DNA of 64,000 nucleotides from a virus, in the IMG/VR virus record IMGVR_UViG_3300044911_000835, positions 13,049 through 77,048 of that record. One strand, 5' to 3'. Numbering within the stretch: the stretch's first letter is position 1; the number at the start of each line of letters is the position of its first letter. The notes under the pieces were generated by a model that was not told the DNA's origin, did not search any database, and saw nothing but the letters and a program-made list of their open reading frames with translations. Of the stretch, positions 45,701 through 55,354 are shown piece by piece. A program made the translations under genes and the position numbers.

Positions 45701-48088
45701 ATAGTCACTAGAAATATCGTTAAGTTCTTTTAGATTTTTTGACATTCCGGAAGCTGTATCCGCGTACTCCTTTGCCTCTTTCTTCAATTTGGGGTCGTTT
45801 AGAGCACTGAATACTTTTCTTACTACATCTTCTGTATCTCCAAATCCTATGGCATTAGCTCTTCTAAAAGCTGCTGTAGCCGTGGTACTAGCACCCTCAA
45901 TATTAGTTGTGAAAGTATCTTTATTAGCAGAAGCAAATTTTTTATCTGTAGCCATCCTCCTATCAAATTCTTCCATGATAGGATCCATAGCAATTTTACC
46001 GCCACTACCACCATACCCTAAAGTTAGTAAATTAGTTGCATCATCAAAAAACTTTGTTAGAGGTCCAGAATTAGTTTTAAAATCATTATATTTCTTCATT
46101 GCTTCAGCTACTGCATCTAAAGATTCTGCAAAGCTCATAGCGGATGAAGCATTTAAGTCAAATATAGTATGGAAGTCTCCAGCTACTTTTAAATCTTCAC
46201 TAATTTTTTTACTTAGATCAAGCTTACTATTTAAGGAATCCATACTTTTTGCTAGTTCAGCTGCATGGTTTGAAGTCAACCCAATACTATCAGTAAGTTT
46301 ACCTAATAAAGGTAGTATAACAACGAATAACATCATCCATACGCTAAAAGCACCAACTAGTTTACCAACACCAATAGTTAGTATGCCCATAGTACCTTGA
46401 ATATACTGCATACCCCTACCTAATGAAGTAGTAGAGGCTGCTGCTCCCTCTATATTTGTCCTTAGTTCTTTAAATCCCTGTACCATTCCTAAATTACTAG
46501 CTGTATCATAGGCTCCGGTTAGTCTATTTCTAGCTAAAACAGCCTCCCTATACGCTGCACTAGTTCTTATAGCATTTTGTACTGAAGCACTATGTCTTTC
46601 TAAATCTGCTATTCTTTGTAGATGCCCTAAGTTTACTTGAGAAGTAGTAGTAATAGCAGCAACAGTAGACTGCATATTATTAGCTACTTGTAGCCTACGC
46701 TCATCATTAGTAAGAATAGCCTTACTAAAGGTAGCTTGTGTAGCATAAGCACCTGTAGTACCTACACCTTGTTGTAGTGTTTTAGCTATTTTTAAGTCGG
46801 TTTTTGCTACTTTATCTCTTAAGTCCTGTAATACTCTAGGTATACTATTTAGCGCTGCATCTCTAGCAGCTTCTCCTGCGGCAGCGGTTGTTGCCCAAGT
46901 AAGTGATTTAATACTTTGTATTAACTGTTTACCGGCTGCACTATTTTTAATATCTTTTGGTAGACTAGCCTCTAGAACAGTTCGTTGTGTAACCATTGCA
47001 GCTTTAGCAGCATCAGTTTGAGCTCTAGATAAATCTCTAATAGCTTGCTTACGCTCTTCTATTATTTCTAAGTGCCTAGTTAATCCCCTCTGGTTAGCTT
47101 CTGCTTCTGCTGCCCAGGCAGCCCTAAGTTGACCTACTGCTGGTATTAAACCTTTAATTAAGAGTGATACTAGTGCTATCATACCTAATAGTAAAGTATT
47201 AGGACTCTGGGATAATAAGTTTATAAACGGGCCTAGTACAGTATTAATAGTACCAAGTACTTCTGTGGACAAATCTTTTATAGAAGATAGTAGTTTAGAA
47301 AAGGGATTTGCGGCTTGATCTGCTAATTCTTTATATTTGCTAATGCCTTGAGTAGTTACAGCATTAACGAAAGCCTGCCTACGTTCATAGTCTGTTAGTA
47401 CTGATACAGTTTTATCTAGAGTTTTTGCGTAAGCTTTATTAGCGTCGTTTACTTTAACCATTAAGCCTAATTCATCTAGTAGTTCTGGCTCAATCTTAAT
47501 GGTACCACGGAATACGCGTTGTAGTGCATCGGTCATATCACGGCCTAGGGCTATAGAGGCGCCTTTAGCTACAGTAGTTAGTTCTTTTATTTGTGTAGTA
47601 GTTAGTCCTGCGGAGCTGGCTAAAGAAGCGGAAGCTAGGGCATCAGCCATAGATATTGCTCCGTCAGTCAGACCCTTCATATCTTTTGCTAGATTATTTA
47701 TACTTACACCTACCTTAGTAGATAAAATAGTGGCCGCTTTTTCCATATTAGAAAAATCGGCCGCTTTTGATAGTGCATTAAAGGCTGCACCTACCGCATA
47801 AACATTGGCAGCAAATGTAGCATATAACTGTACTATTCCGCCCATACCTTGAGCTTGACGTGCAAAATCTCTAGTATCTCCTCTGCCACCAGCTCCACTA
47901 GCACCTCTATTTAATCCTGGGTTACCTGGAGTACCTGCTCCTCCTGCTCCTCCTGCTCCTCCTGTGGCATTAATTCTACGTGGTCGTGCGGCCCTGTCTA
48001 AATTAGCATTTAGTTGCTGTACTTGAGCTAGTATGTCAGCTAAATGTGGTGCATTTACTGTAACTGAAACTGTTCTACTATTAGCCAT
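42701..48088 (-). CDS. tape measure protein
   Basis: 1795 aa helical; T5 pb2-like N-terminus (YATFAANVYA, EPELLDELG); lambdoid-type C-terminus (YARGGI..GE...EAYVPL). Confidence 0.9.
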   Translation of the reverse strand: MANSRTVSVTVNAPHLADILAQVQQLNANLDRAARPRRINATGGAGGAGGAGTPGNPGLNRGASGAGGRGDTRDFARQAQGMGGIVQLYATFAANVYAVGAAFNALSKAADFSNMEKAATILSTKVGVSINNLAKDMKGLTDGAISMADALASASLASSAGLTTTQIKELTTVAKGASIALGRDMTDALQRVFRGTIKIEPELLDELGLMVKVNDANKAYAKTLDKTVSVLTDYERRQAFVNAVTTQGISKYKELADQAANPFSKLLSSIKDLSTEVLGTINTVLGPFINLLSQSPNTLLLGMIALVSLLIKGLIPAVGQLRAAWAAEAEANQRGLTRHLEIIEERKQAIRDLSRAQTDAAKAAMVTQRTVLEASLPKDIKNSAAGKQLIQSIKSLTWATTAAAGEAARDAALNSIPRVLQDLRDKVAKTDLKIAKTLQQGVGTTGAYATQATFSKAILTNDERRLQVANNMQSTVAAITTTSQVNLGHLQRIADLERHSASVQNAIRTSAAYREAVLARNRLTGAYDTASNLGMVQGFKELRTNIEGAAASTTSLGRGMQYIQGTMGILTIGVGKLVGAFSVWMMLFVVILPLLGKLTDSIGLTSNHAAELAKSMDSLNSKLDLSKKISEDLKVAGDFHTIFDLNASSAMSFAESLDAVAEAMKKYNDFKTNSGPLTKFFDDATNLLTLGYGGSGGKIAMDPIMEEFDRRMATDKKFASANKDTFTTNIEGASTTATAAFRRANAIGFGDTEDVVRKVFSALNDPKLKKEAKEYADTASGMSKNLKELNDISSDYIISITNQSKELKALNAFSSSSAQAIKLLDKTDLTKSGANIQEFLSGITDQFEEMSGISLPADLELLRTRLNRLQEDVNNNYKTAMELAGSDKDLQKKAEDDRAKSLSQGTSSLLGSYGGIEKVQQDYIGYSLKASKSLADLATAAGRASLAQTSLSAKLKETQFYGSFSKEGEARAIREARKTEEKIANIQIKAEKTNAAAIDAQKSNTEQQLRTALSLASKELFKNSKSNNPSPLGTGSVKDQAIQALSVKELDGSIASQILSLVNSLESLGAASVIATLKIDSIRASLGKARESEARAEFKETDAEADKKFKPEEDKLFEELNNLEKKSQSIALLDSSYLSARVDSEINLIKAKADILQYEKDLAIKIGEYNTLVEQLIKDPTNVSIGEAVVGKARARDEAFKKGEPLRDLPKVIQDEENLRIRKTNLEITEKLSDNLSEQVDLASSYSDYLLSVSTNYSKIAEFNTVSTQTLLEQYSIQERILEAQIAIEKSKVGDREAEQKIVDLQQQHLAFKLDTHQKLTDLFKKETELSLKIREQSGRASDIFGTEGLQEAITIAMDRIEETTGKSKSVMSQLATGIVDSADIIVDSFTTMIQKMDETKLTFKAFSDMVRNTLSDMFRDMASDAFKNAMKSGIKLLAANFGYDTRTNQEKAASALQITANSSLDQLKLIQQDMRALLQALVPGKIDPIAQQGIDLDKQYNLDWEKANKANDTGVRTSPYPYPTSASIMSRQLDGVSSIGATSASAGTYDPLVQAVSSTASSAKETNRLLNEIAQKINPSSIPVPDVIQPPAMQDSSTPILSKTATTNIEKGGTKIDVAADKFNMATTVMHGAVGALVGALATGGSAKGALGGILMGVATSVISGGITGGLTSIFAKAKGGIVGPLGDMPLHKYARGGIATSPQMALFGEGSKNEAYVPLPDNRSIPVTLKGGSGGATFGDTNITVTVTNSGSVDTSISADQATNLSKALSVSIKATIQEELMKQMKPRGMLHG

Positions 48089-48097
48089 ACACTACCC

Positions 48098-48394
48098 TCA
48101 TTTCTTTTTCTTACTATTTATTTGTTCAGTTTCCTGACGATCAAATAGAGTAACTATCTTTAATACAGATACTCTATCCTGCACTCCAAACAGTTCGAAT
48201 AGATTTGATATGCTGTCAATAGCTTTTCCAAAATAGTGTCCACTGAAGGAATCGTACCTATCAGGTAAATAGCAATAAATTGTCCAAGCCTCTTGAGCTT
48301 CGTCAGGTAGGTCTCCTAACTCTATAGGGATTTCATCATCTATAGGTTCTGAGCCTAACTGCTCACACATATCAAAGTACATATCCCTAGACAT
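48098..48394 (-). CDS. tail assembly chaperone, -1 frameshift extension
   Basis: in -1 frame of the upstream chaperone, open from slippery site. Confidence 0.75.
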   Translation of the reverse strand: MSRDMYFDMCEQLGSEPIDDEIPIELGDLPDEAQEAWTIYCYLPDRYDSFSGHYFGKAIDSISNLFELFGVQDRVSVLKIVTLFDRQETEQINSKKKK

Positions 48395-48435
48395 ATTAGC
48401 ATGCCTATTTTGGGAGAAATTCTTTATTTTATCTA

Positions 48436-48858
48436 CTAACTCTTCGAACTGAACTTCTGAAAATTTGATAGATCACTCGTAACATCAGAGATAAAGTTAT
48501 CAAACTCAACTGAATTCTTCATAAGTACTAGGGCGTTTTCATCAGAGAACTCTAGTTCTTCATTTAAATCTTTAATACTAGATAAATCTACTAGCATTAG
48601 GTCTTGCAAATACTCGTACTTGAGACCAGTCCACCCTTTAATAACTGATGATACATAGCTCTTAGTAAATAGTTCGTCATTTAATTCTTCAATAGGTTGA
48701 CGAGTTTTTCTATCAAATTTTGTAGTAACGCAAGCTTTGCGTAACTTAATTAGCTCTTCTCGTGAAAGGAAGGCAACTTTAACTTTAAAACCAATCTTGT
48801 CCTGAAAATCAACCTCAACAACTTTGGATGGGGTTAATAGTGATTGTAGTGAAACCAT
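48436..48858 (-). CDS. tail assembly chaperone
   Basis: between tail tube and TMP; IKGWTGL. Confidence 0.8.
   Translation of the reverse strand: MVSLQSLLTPSKVVEVDFQDKIGFKVKVAFLSREELIKLRKACVTTKFDRKTRQPIEELNDELFTKSYVSSVIKGWTGLKYEYLQDLMLVDLSSIKDLNEELEFSDENALVLMKNSVEFDNFISDVTSDLSNFQKFSSKS
48460..48466 (-). other. programmed -1 frameshift site A AAT TTT
   Basis: XXXYYYZ heptamer in frame; -1 frame reads into MSRDM. Confidence 0.8.
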
Positions 48859-48873
48859 TAAATTATTTCTCCA

Positions 48874-48900
48874 AATAGGAGGGCATAAAGCCCTCCTCTT
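48874..48900 (-). terminator. terminator-like hairpin after tail tube gene
   Basis: aggagggc-tttat-gccctcct followed by attt. Confidence 0.55.
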
Positions 48901-48903
48901 TTA

Positions 48904-50274
48904 TTATACTACGCCGTAGTAAGAAACTACTAGGTTATTTGTTTTCTCGATATCATAACTACCTGGATCAGCTCCAACTCCAAGTGTAGAGTACCCTTGG
49001 GCAGAGAAGTTAATCGTTGTAGAAACAACGTCCTGAATATCTACAGTAGGAACCTGTAGCTGACAAGCTTCCATAAGTAAATCTACTCTAGTAGAATTAG
49101 AGGCTCCCCCTACCTCAATTTGAAGTTTGAACTTAGTTTCAGAAGTAGTAGCTAAGTTAGATAAAATATCTGTTAGTAGCTTAGCGGATTCATTTGTGCC
49201 AGTTTTAAGGTACGCATTTAGGCTACCAGTAATAGATCGAGTACCCGTAAAATAACCAATTGAAGTATTAACCGCACCCATATTCTCAGGTGTTAAGTAC
49301 TCAATATTATTATTAATAGTTAAGTTACCTCCGGTAATAGGTACAGAGTATGTTGTATTGCCTGTACCAGTACCACCTAAATTAGCTACTAGGGTAGTTG
49401 TACTTAGCTTATTAGTAATATAATTGTCAGCAGTAGTTGGGAATATAGTAGCGTTACCTACAGCCCAGGCCTGTAAAGTTGCGGGGGAAGTAAGTGTAGT
49501 ACCAAAGCCACTCCAGGCAATCATAGAGATACCCTGTAAGTCAAAGCTAAGCTCTGCTTGATTTATGGCACAATTAGCAATTTTATACACTGTACTATCT
49601 ACTTTAAAGATAAGAGTAAACTTCTGTAGTTCATTCTTATTAGATCCGAGGGTAGTACTAACTGCTTTACCTGATTCTTCGTGCCACTGTCCAGCGAATA
49701 CTGAACTTGAGGTAACTGTAGCAGAACCTGTAGGGGCTATAGTAACACCTAAGTCTACTTTAATATCATTACCAGTTTTATCAACTACTCTAAAATAACC
49801 ATTACCTGTTGAGCTTCCTGACATAACTGTAGTGCCAGTAATTCTTACCATGTCACCTAGGTCCACTGTATTGGCTGCTTTAGTTAGGGTCATACAGTAT
49901 GAACCATTAAATAAAGCTACTGCTCCGCCTGTCCATCCAGTTGTACCTGTAGCATCAATAGCTTTACTACCCATAATAGCATTCCAAAAGAATTTTTCTG
50001 GTGCAGTAACTACAGCTGCTGGTTTATATGGTCTAATATAGGTACTTAAACTCCATTCTACTGGATTTAGTTTACTATTGAATGCGCGTTCACCACGAAC
50101 AGGTGCTGTACCTGCTTCAGATAAAGTAATTGTTTGCTGCTCTGTGTTCTGACTAAATGTATAACCATCTAGTACCTGTAGTTCAAAAGTATTAGCTGCT
50201 GTGTAGTTAGCTAGCACATCGTCTGTATTAGTACTAAAGAAAACCTTTGTATTTCTACTTAAATTTACTGCCAT
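48904..50274 (-). CDS. major tail tube protein (T5 pb6-like)
   Basis: LSRNTKVF, LSEAG..P.RG..FN..LNP..WS..TYIRP, IGYFTG. Confidence 0.88.
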   Translation of the reverse strand: MAVNLSRNTKVFFSTNTDDVLANYTAANTFELQVLDGYTFSQNTEQQTITLSEAGTAPVRGERAFNSKLNPVEWSLSTYIRPYKPAAVVTAPEKFFWNAIMGSKAIDATGTTGWTGGAVALFNGSYCMTLTKAANTVDLGDMVRITGTTVMSGSSTGNGYFRVVDKTGNDIKVDLGVTIAPTGSATVTSSSVFAGQWHEESGKAVSTTLGSNKNELQKFTLIFKVDSTVYKIANCAINQAELSFDLQGISMIAWSGFGTTLTSPATLQAWAVGNATIFPTTADNYITNKLSTTTLVANLGGTGTGNTTYSVPITGGNLTINNNIEYLTPENMGAVNTSIGYFTGTRSITGSLNAYLKTGTNESAKLLTDILSNLATTSETKFKLQIEVGGASNSTRVDLLMEACQLQVPTVDIQDVVSTTINFSAQGYSTLGVGADPGSYDIEKTNNLVVSYYGVV

Positions 50275-50328
50275 AAAAATTCTCCTATATATGAATTAAT
50301 AACTTAGTCAGTATTTACTAGCATTGTA

Positions 50329-50760
50329 TTAAATTTCATATCTTATTGATAAATTCATTTCACCAACACCATATGGTGCTAGTAATCCTTCATCTGTGGT
50401 TATTGAAGTGATAAGAATCTCTGTTGTACCCTTGTCAACCTCATATTCTAGCAGTTCATTATCTGTGATAATCTGCTCTACATCTTGTAGAAGATCCTCT
50501 AATTTACTAGTAGGGTCTTCTGAATTTACATATAACTTTAGTGATATATTAAGAAAACCCCATTTAAATCCTCCGGGGTGATATTCTCTGGTTTCACTAC
50601 CAGGAACTATACATACTGTTGGAAAGTCCGACACCTCGTCCCAGAAGACAAGCTTAGTAAGTACATTGTTTGGAAATATAGTACTTTTAAACGGAGAAGC
50701 CCCGTTTATAGTTTTAATCTTTTCAGCCAGTTTTTTAGCTATAGAGCTTCTTGCACTCAT
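50329..50760 (-). CDS. tail terminator (T5 p142-like)
   Basis: RSSIA, ETREY.PG.FKW.FL, TDEGLLAPYG. Confidence 0.85.
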   Translation of the reverse strand: MSARSSIAKKLAEKIKTINGASPFKSTIFPNNVLTKLVFWDEVSDFPTVCIVPGSETREYHPGGFKWGFLNISLKLYVNSEDPTSKLEDLLQDVEQIITDNELLEYEVDKGTTEILITSITTDEGLLAPYGVGEMNLSIRYEI

Positions 50761-50789
50761 AATTCCTCTCTTTTTATATTAACCCACAC

Positions 50790-50818
50790 ATTATATAATA
50801 GTAGAAAAATAATTTCAA
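50790..50818 (-). promoter_or_regulatory. sigma70-type promoter for tail genes
   Basis: TTGAAA-17-TATAAT on the minus strand. Confidence 0.7.
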
Positions 50819-50832
50819 CTATATTTTCCAGT

Positions 50833-52410
50833 TTATACTATTATCGTTCTCATCCTAGACTTAGTTAGTTGTGCTGCTATTTCTCTTACTGAACGATCAA
50901 TAAGTGCTGAAGGGCTTCTATCAATATTACCTTGGTTACCTCCAGGTTCAAAAGTAGCATAGGGATACTTCATATAGCTTAGAAATGCTGTTAAAGCATT
51001 TTGCCTATTATCAAACTGTACAGAATTCAATTTAATTGATTCAGCAAACCTACCAGTTTGATAAGTTAGCGCCGGAGGCGCCATATTCTTACGTATTACT
51101 TCCTGAAGCCGCGCGGATAAAAGACCTTGAAGATTTACTACTGACTGGAAGGTTCCTGTTCTAGAGCGTAAACTTGCTAAGCTTATTGGCTTCGATACCA
51201 CTATAGGAGTTCTTTTAAACTTTTGTACCCTAGTAGCTATAGAATCTAATAGCCCCTTTTCTGTTTTACTAATTAAACCCTTCTTTTTGACCACTTTCTT
51301 AGTAACTAACTTCCGTTGTGGTTTACCTAGTAACATATCTACTATTTTAGTAGTTAGAGCCTCAGTTAAGGTTGGGGAGGCGGACATATTGCCTGCAGTA
51401 GTTGTTGCTATTTCTGTAGCTAGTATCCTTACCTGTTCATTCTGCCTAGTTACTAGCCTGCTTAGTTTAGCAAGTACGCTAGCACTATTTTTCTTAAATA
51501 GTTTCTGTAATTTCCCCTTGGTTACCTCAGTAGCTCCTATAGATTGAGCTAATTTTATAATATGTAAGTTTACTTCTTGTATACTCCTAGCAAAATCTCC
51601 TTTTGTAGAATTATCCCACCAGTTCTCTACTGATAGAGTAATAGTCTCTAAGTTTTTGCTACTTTCAGAAGTATTCTTTATAGTTGTTATATCAATATAA
51701 GTACTCGCATAAGTTTCTTCAAAAGCTCTTGTAGCCGCAGCACTTAAATATTTCGGCATTTTCTTTTGAAAGAAGCCTAATACAGTATTTAAATCTGCAC
51801 TTTTTCCAATATTCTCCTGCTTACTTTTATCTACTGTAGTACTAGCTACTAAAGCTACTCTATAGCTATATATTGTTTTATTAACTATGTTAATGGCTTC
51901 ACGAGATGTAGTCTTATCCAACTCTAGTTCTGATCGTAGTTTTAGTAGTTTTGCCATATCAGTTTTTAACTTTTCTGTCATAGCACTACTAGATTCATGA
52001 CCTAGTTCCATTTTTGCTAGTAAAGCTCTATATTTGGTTTTATCGGTTTCGCTCGCCACACTCTGCAGCATACTATCTTTAAATTTAGCTGCTCTGGTAT
52101 TAATATTACCAAAAGTAGTTCTAGATACAACTGCATCATCCACTTTGGAATCCTTTATAGCTTTAATAAGAGTATCAATTTCTTTTGGTGTCCAGCCACT
52201 TAATACTTTTGACTTTGCAATATCTTCTTGATACTGAGCAGAGCCTTCTGTCATATAACTTTTTATTTTTTTTAATTCTCTTATATACTCATTACTAGAT
52301 AACGTTATACTATGGATAGATAGAGAGTCAATATGTTTTCTAGTTTCTAAGGCTTTACTATCTGCTATCTGTATTATCTCATTTAAAACATACTCTATAC
52401 TTTTGCTCAT
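50833..52410 (-). CDS. tail completion protein (T5 p143-like C-terminus, long N-terminal extension)
   Basis: RSRTG.F.S, LTYQTGRFA, YMKYPY.TFE; synteny. Confidence 0.7.
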   Translation of the reverse strand: MSKSIEYVLNEIIQIADSKALETRKHIDSLSIHSITLSSNEYIRELKKIKSYMTEGSAQYQEDIAKSKVLSGWTPKEIDTLIKAIKDSKVDDAVVSRTTFGNINTRAAKFKDSMLQSVASETDKTKYRALLAKMELGHESSSAMTEKLKTDMAKLLKLRSELELDKTTSREAINIVNKTIYSYRVALVASTTVDKSKQENIGKSADLNTVLGFFQKKMPKYLSAAATRAFEETYASTYIDITTIKNTSESSKNLETITLSVENWWDNSTKGDFARSIQEVNLHIIKLAQSIGATEVTKGKLQKLFKKNSASVLAKLSRLVTRQNEQVRILATEIATTTAGNMSASPTLTEALTTKIVDMLLGKPQRKLVTKKVVKKKGLISKTEKGLLDSIATRVQKFKRTPIVVSKPISLASLRSRTGTFQSVVNLQGLLSARLQEVIRKNMAPPALTYQTGRFAESIKLNSVQFDNRQNALTAFLSYMKYPYATFEPGGNQGNIDRSPSALIDRSVREIAAQLTKSRMRTIIV

Positions 52411-52979
52411 TATCTAATAACTCTATATAAATCTAGAACACGTTTAATATGGTGAGGGAAGTCAGAAGTGCGAATATACTCAATACTTACAGAGCCTTGA
52501 GTTTTTCTAGGAGACGCCTCACGTTTCATATAGTATTCTAGTAGATCTAACGTTGCAATATATAAGTCTCCAGGAAGTACTGAGTAACCAGCTCTATATG
52601 TAATCTTGAAGTAGTTTGGATAATTAATATCAGCAGCACCAAATATGACTAGTCTATCATTTTGTCTATCAATTAGATAATCAGTATACTCTGCTAGTGG
52701 TATATATGTTTGACCACTGTCTTCTGAATAAGCAACCTCTTCTACACTAAGTATAGGAAATTCCTCTGTATATAGATAGTCATCTCCTCCATTATAATAT
52801 TGTACAATATCTAAAAATTCCTCAGTATCAGCATCATAGCTATCAATGAAACTTCTAGTACAATAATTTTTAATTAACTGACTAATATAAGGTATTAATA
52901 GCTCAATGCGCTCATCTTGATCTGTACTGCTAATATTTGTATAGAGCTTATAATCGTCGACTGTAATTAGGTTTCTCAT
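52410..52979 (-). CDS. head completion / head-tail adaptor (T5 p144-like)
   Basis: ITVDDYKLY; FPHHIKRVLDLYR. Confidence 0.8.
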   Translation of the reverse strand: MRNLITVDDYKLYTNISSTDQDERIELLIPYISQLIKNYCTRSFIDSYDADTEEFLDIVQYYNGGDDYLYTEEFPILSVEEVAYSEDSGQTYIPLAEYTDYLIDRQNDRLVIFGAADINYPNYFKITYRAGYSVLPGDLYIATLDLLEYYMKREASPRKTQGSVSIEYIRTSDFPHHIKRVLDLYRVIR

Positions 52980-53302
52980 TTATTCACCACCTGGATTTTT
53001 ACACTTCTATCATCTTCTCTACCTAAAGATGTTACAATAGATACTACTACTATGTACTCTTTCCCAACTAAACCACCATCTAACCAGAATAGTACTGAAG
53101 TATTACTATCTGATATAGTTGAAGATACTACTACTAACTCAGCTGGTTTGCTAGATACTACTGTGGCTGATACTATAGTTTCCGAATCTAATACTTGTAA
53201 ATAATCTGTAGTAGCTCCAGGTCTATTATTTGTTTTTGATGCGAAATCCATTAAGTAGTCTAACTTAGCTTCTGGATCTTTCTGAAGTTTTTTTATTGCC
53301 AT
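52976..53302 (-). CDS. putative fibre adaptor protein
   Basis: KDP...LDY..D; WL.GG..G..Y..TS.GR.DDR. Confidence 0.65.
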   Translation of the reverse strand: MAIKKLQKDPEAKLDYLMDFASKTNNRPGATTDYLQVLDSETIVSATVVSSKPAELVVVSSTISDSNTSVLFWLDGGLVGKEYIVVVSIVTSLGREDDRSVKIQVVNK

Positions 53303-53310
53303 ATGTACTC

Positions 53311-53418
53311 CTATCTGTGGGTGACCACTATTATCCTACTTAGAGGAACTCTTCTGAATGAAACTACTATATATTTCCAAGAAGAACCCCAGGATTTACC
53401 CCAGGAGTTTTTCCACAT
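53311..53418 (-). CDS. 35-aa SWG-repeat peptide (not in ORF track)
   Basis: MWKNSWGKSWGSSWKYIVVSFRRVPLSRIIVVTHR; TAATG coupling. Confidence 0.55.
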   Translation of the reverse strand: MWKNSWGKSWGSSWKYIVVSFRRVPLSRIIVVTHR

Positions 53419-53954
53419 TATATAGGCCCCCAAGGATTAAGTTCAGTACCTATTCCGGTAACTTCTATATTATTAACTTTTTGTATATCTGCATGTATTG
53501 GTGTAACTTGTGCAGCAGCTAATACTGCAGCAGCGTTTTCATTAGCAGTAGGGGCAGGTGTTCCAGTAGTAGATAAAGCCTGAGTCATTTGCGAAACTCT
53601 AGACTGTATTATTGTAGTTGCCATGGGCCAAGGTATAAAAAATGGTAGGTTTGGATCTGTTGGATAAAAATTACCATCTATTACTACTTGTACATTACCT
53701 ACATCTGGAGGAACTCCTCTCCAACCTAAATCATTTCTAATAAAGACATATGCCCCTAGAAAAGTTCCGCCACCTAAGGAGTCTCCACCAGCCGTGGAAA
53801 AGGCTGGTGGATACTTTAAATTATCTCCTTGAATAGTCCAATCTACCCACTCAGAGTACAACTCCTGAGCAGTAAACTGGAATACTCCACCTACTACAGC
53901 AAGCTGGTCACCTTCAATACTCAAAGTTGGTCCATCAAAGATGAACTTGCTCAC
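53418..53954 (-). CDS. putative virion structural protein
   Basis: LYSEW.DW..N.KYPPAF...GG; ends PWGP. Confidence 0.55.
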   Translation of the reverse strand: MSKFIFDGPTLSIEGDQLAVVGGVFQFTAQELYSEWVDWTIQGDNLKYPPAFSTAGGDSLGGGTFLGAYVFIRNDLGWRGVPPDVGNVQVVIDGNFYPTDPNLPFFIPWPMATTIIQSRVSQMTQALSTTGTPAPTANENAAAVLAAAQVTPIHADIQKVNNIEVTGIGTELNPWGPI

Positions 53955-53963
53955 AATATCTCC

Positions 53964-55346
53964 TTATGCGTATACGCGGTCGGTTTCAGCAACCAATGAT
54001 AGACTAATACCTTTAGTACGTGATAGAGTACCACTAGCAACAGCGAACTTACCAGTACCTGGCTTAATACCGATTAGAGTAACTGCTCTATCAGTACCTC
54101 CTGCAAATCCACCCTGTACATTACCATCATAATCGTAATCAAAGTCAATACTACCGGCAGATATAGTTCCAGTAATTGGAGTACCAGCAGCATTATTAAC
54201 TGTAATAGCCCCAGTCTCACCATAGTCATTACCGGCACCAGGTGGTGTAGTAAACATTAAGCGATAGCTGGATCCAGCACCTACTAGTACTGAATTGAAA
54301 GACATTGTACCTGCTGCTGTATATGGGTTAGTACGTAGAGTATTAGAATCATCGTAGAACTCAATTCTATTACTATCTGCGGATAGAACATCATCAATAT
54401 AAACTGAAGGTGAAGTTACTAAAATGTCACCAACGAAGCGTAGTAACTCATCTTGGATTTTACCAATTTTAGTACCTGCTGTTCCACTAGTATTAATATC
54501 AGTACCTTGGCGCAATAGATATTGAACCTTAGCGTAAATCTGCTCTAAAGTACCACCATTGCCTTCGATAATAATCTTGAAGTTTCTTGAAGCCCCTGCA
54601 ATAGTACGAGTTTGATTAACTGTATAGTAGGCAACTGTAATACCGTTATAAGGTGCACCAGTCATAGCTGTATCAGCTGTAGCTTGTACATCACCTAATA
54701 ATCCAGTAATCTTTAAGTCATCCTCATTAGATACTAGAAAGTTCTGTTTATTAGCCCCGGTAGCAGTAGCACCGGTATCTGCTAGAATAGAAGATTTGAA
54801 CTTTTTTCCATACTCACGTGCGAATGTCTTTGCATAAGTACGTTTATCAAAGTTACCATGAGTAGCATCACCAAATACTTTAATACCAACGTTGAATTGA
54901 TCAGTAAAGGGGAAGTTAGTTGGTGCATCTGTTGGTGCTAGATGATAATATGGTTGTACAGTACTAGCCGGAGTAATACTACCAAGACCTACGAAACCTG
55001 AATACTGCTGCAATAGTACTCCAGCAGCTGAATACTCTGACCAACCACCATCTCGCAGCATGTTACGCGTTGCATCAGAATTGAAAGTCCATCCAGAGAA
55101 GGTTGCACCATCTGTACCAATCTGGAACTGACCAGACAGCGCATCAATGGCGTAGAATGGAAACGGACTATCTTGATAAGTTGGGGTTGCCCATAAGTCA
55201 ACAAAGAAGGAGTAAAGTGCCTGCCAAGTGACACCATCCTTGGCCACTAAATCCCCAGCTACATTCAATGTTATTACACGATTTGGTTCATCAATACTAA
55301 CTTCTGTTCCTACAGCTAGTAATGTTTTTGAAGTAATTTTTGCCAT
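53964..55346 (-). CDS. putative virion structural protein
   Basis: DGVT.QALYSF...W; RDGGW.E; FDYDYDGNVQGG. Confidence 0.6.
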   Translation of the reverse strand: MAKITSKTLLAVGTEVSIDEPNRVITLNVAGDLVAKDGVTWQALYSFFVDLWATPTYQDSPFPFYAIDALSGQFQIGTDGATFSGWTFNSDATRNMLRDGGWSEYSAAGVLLQQYSGFVGLGSITPASTVQPYYHLAPTDAPTNFPFTDQFNVGIKVFGDATHGNFDKRTYAKTFAREYGKKFKSSILADTGATATGANKQNFLVSNEDDLKITGLLGDVQATADTAMTGAPYNGITVAYYTVNQTRTIAGASRNFKIIIEGNGGTLEQIYAKVQYLLRQGTDINTSGTAGTKIGKIQDELLRFVGDILVTSPSVYIDDVLSADSNRIEFYDDSNTLRTNPYTAAGTMSFNSVLVGAGSSYRLMFTTPPGAGNDYGETGAITVNNAAGTPITGTISAGSIDFDYDYDGNVQGGFAGGTDRAVTLIGIKPGTGKFAVASGTLSRTKGISLSLVAETDRVYA

Positions 55347-55354
55347 ATATTTCC

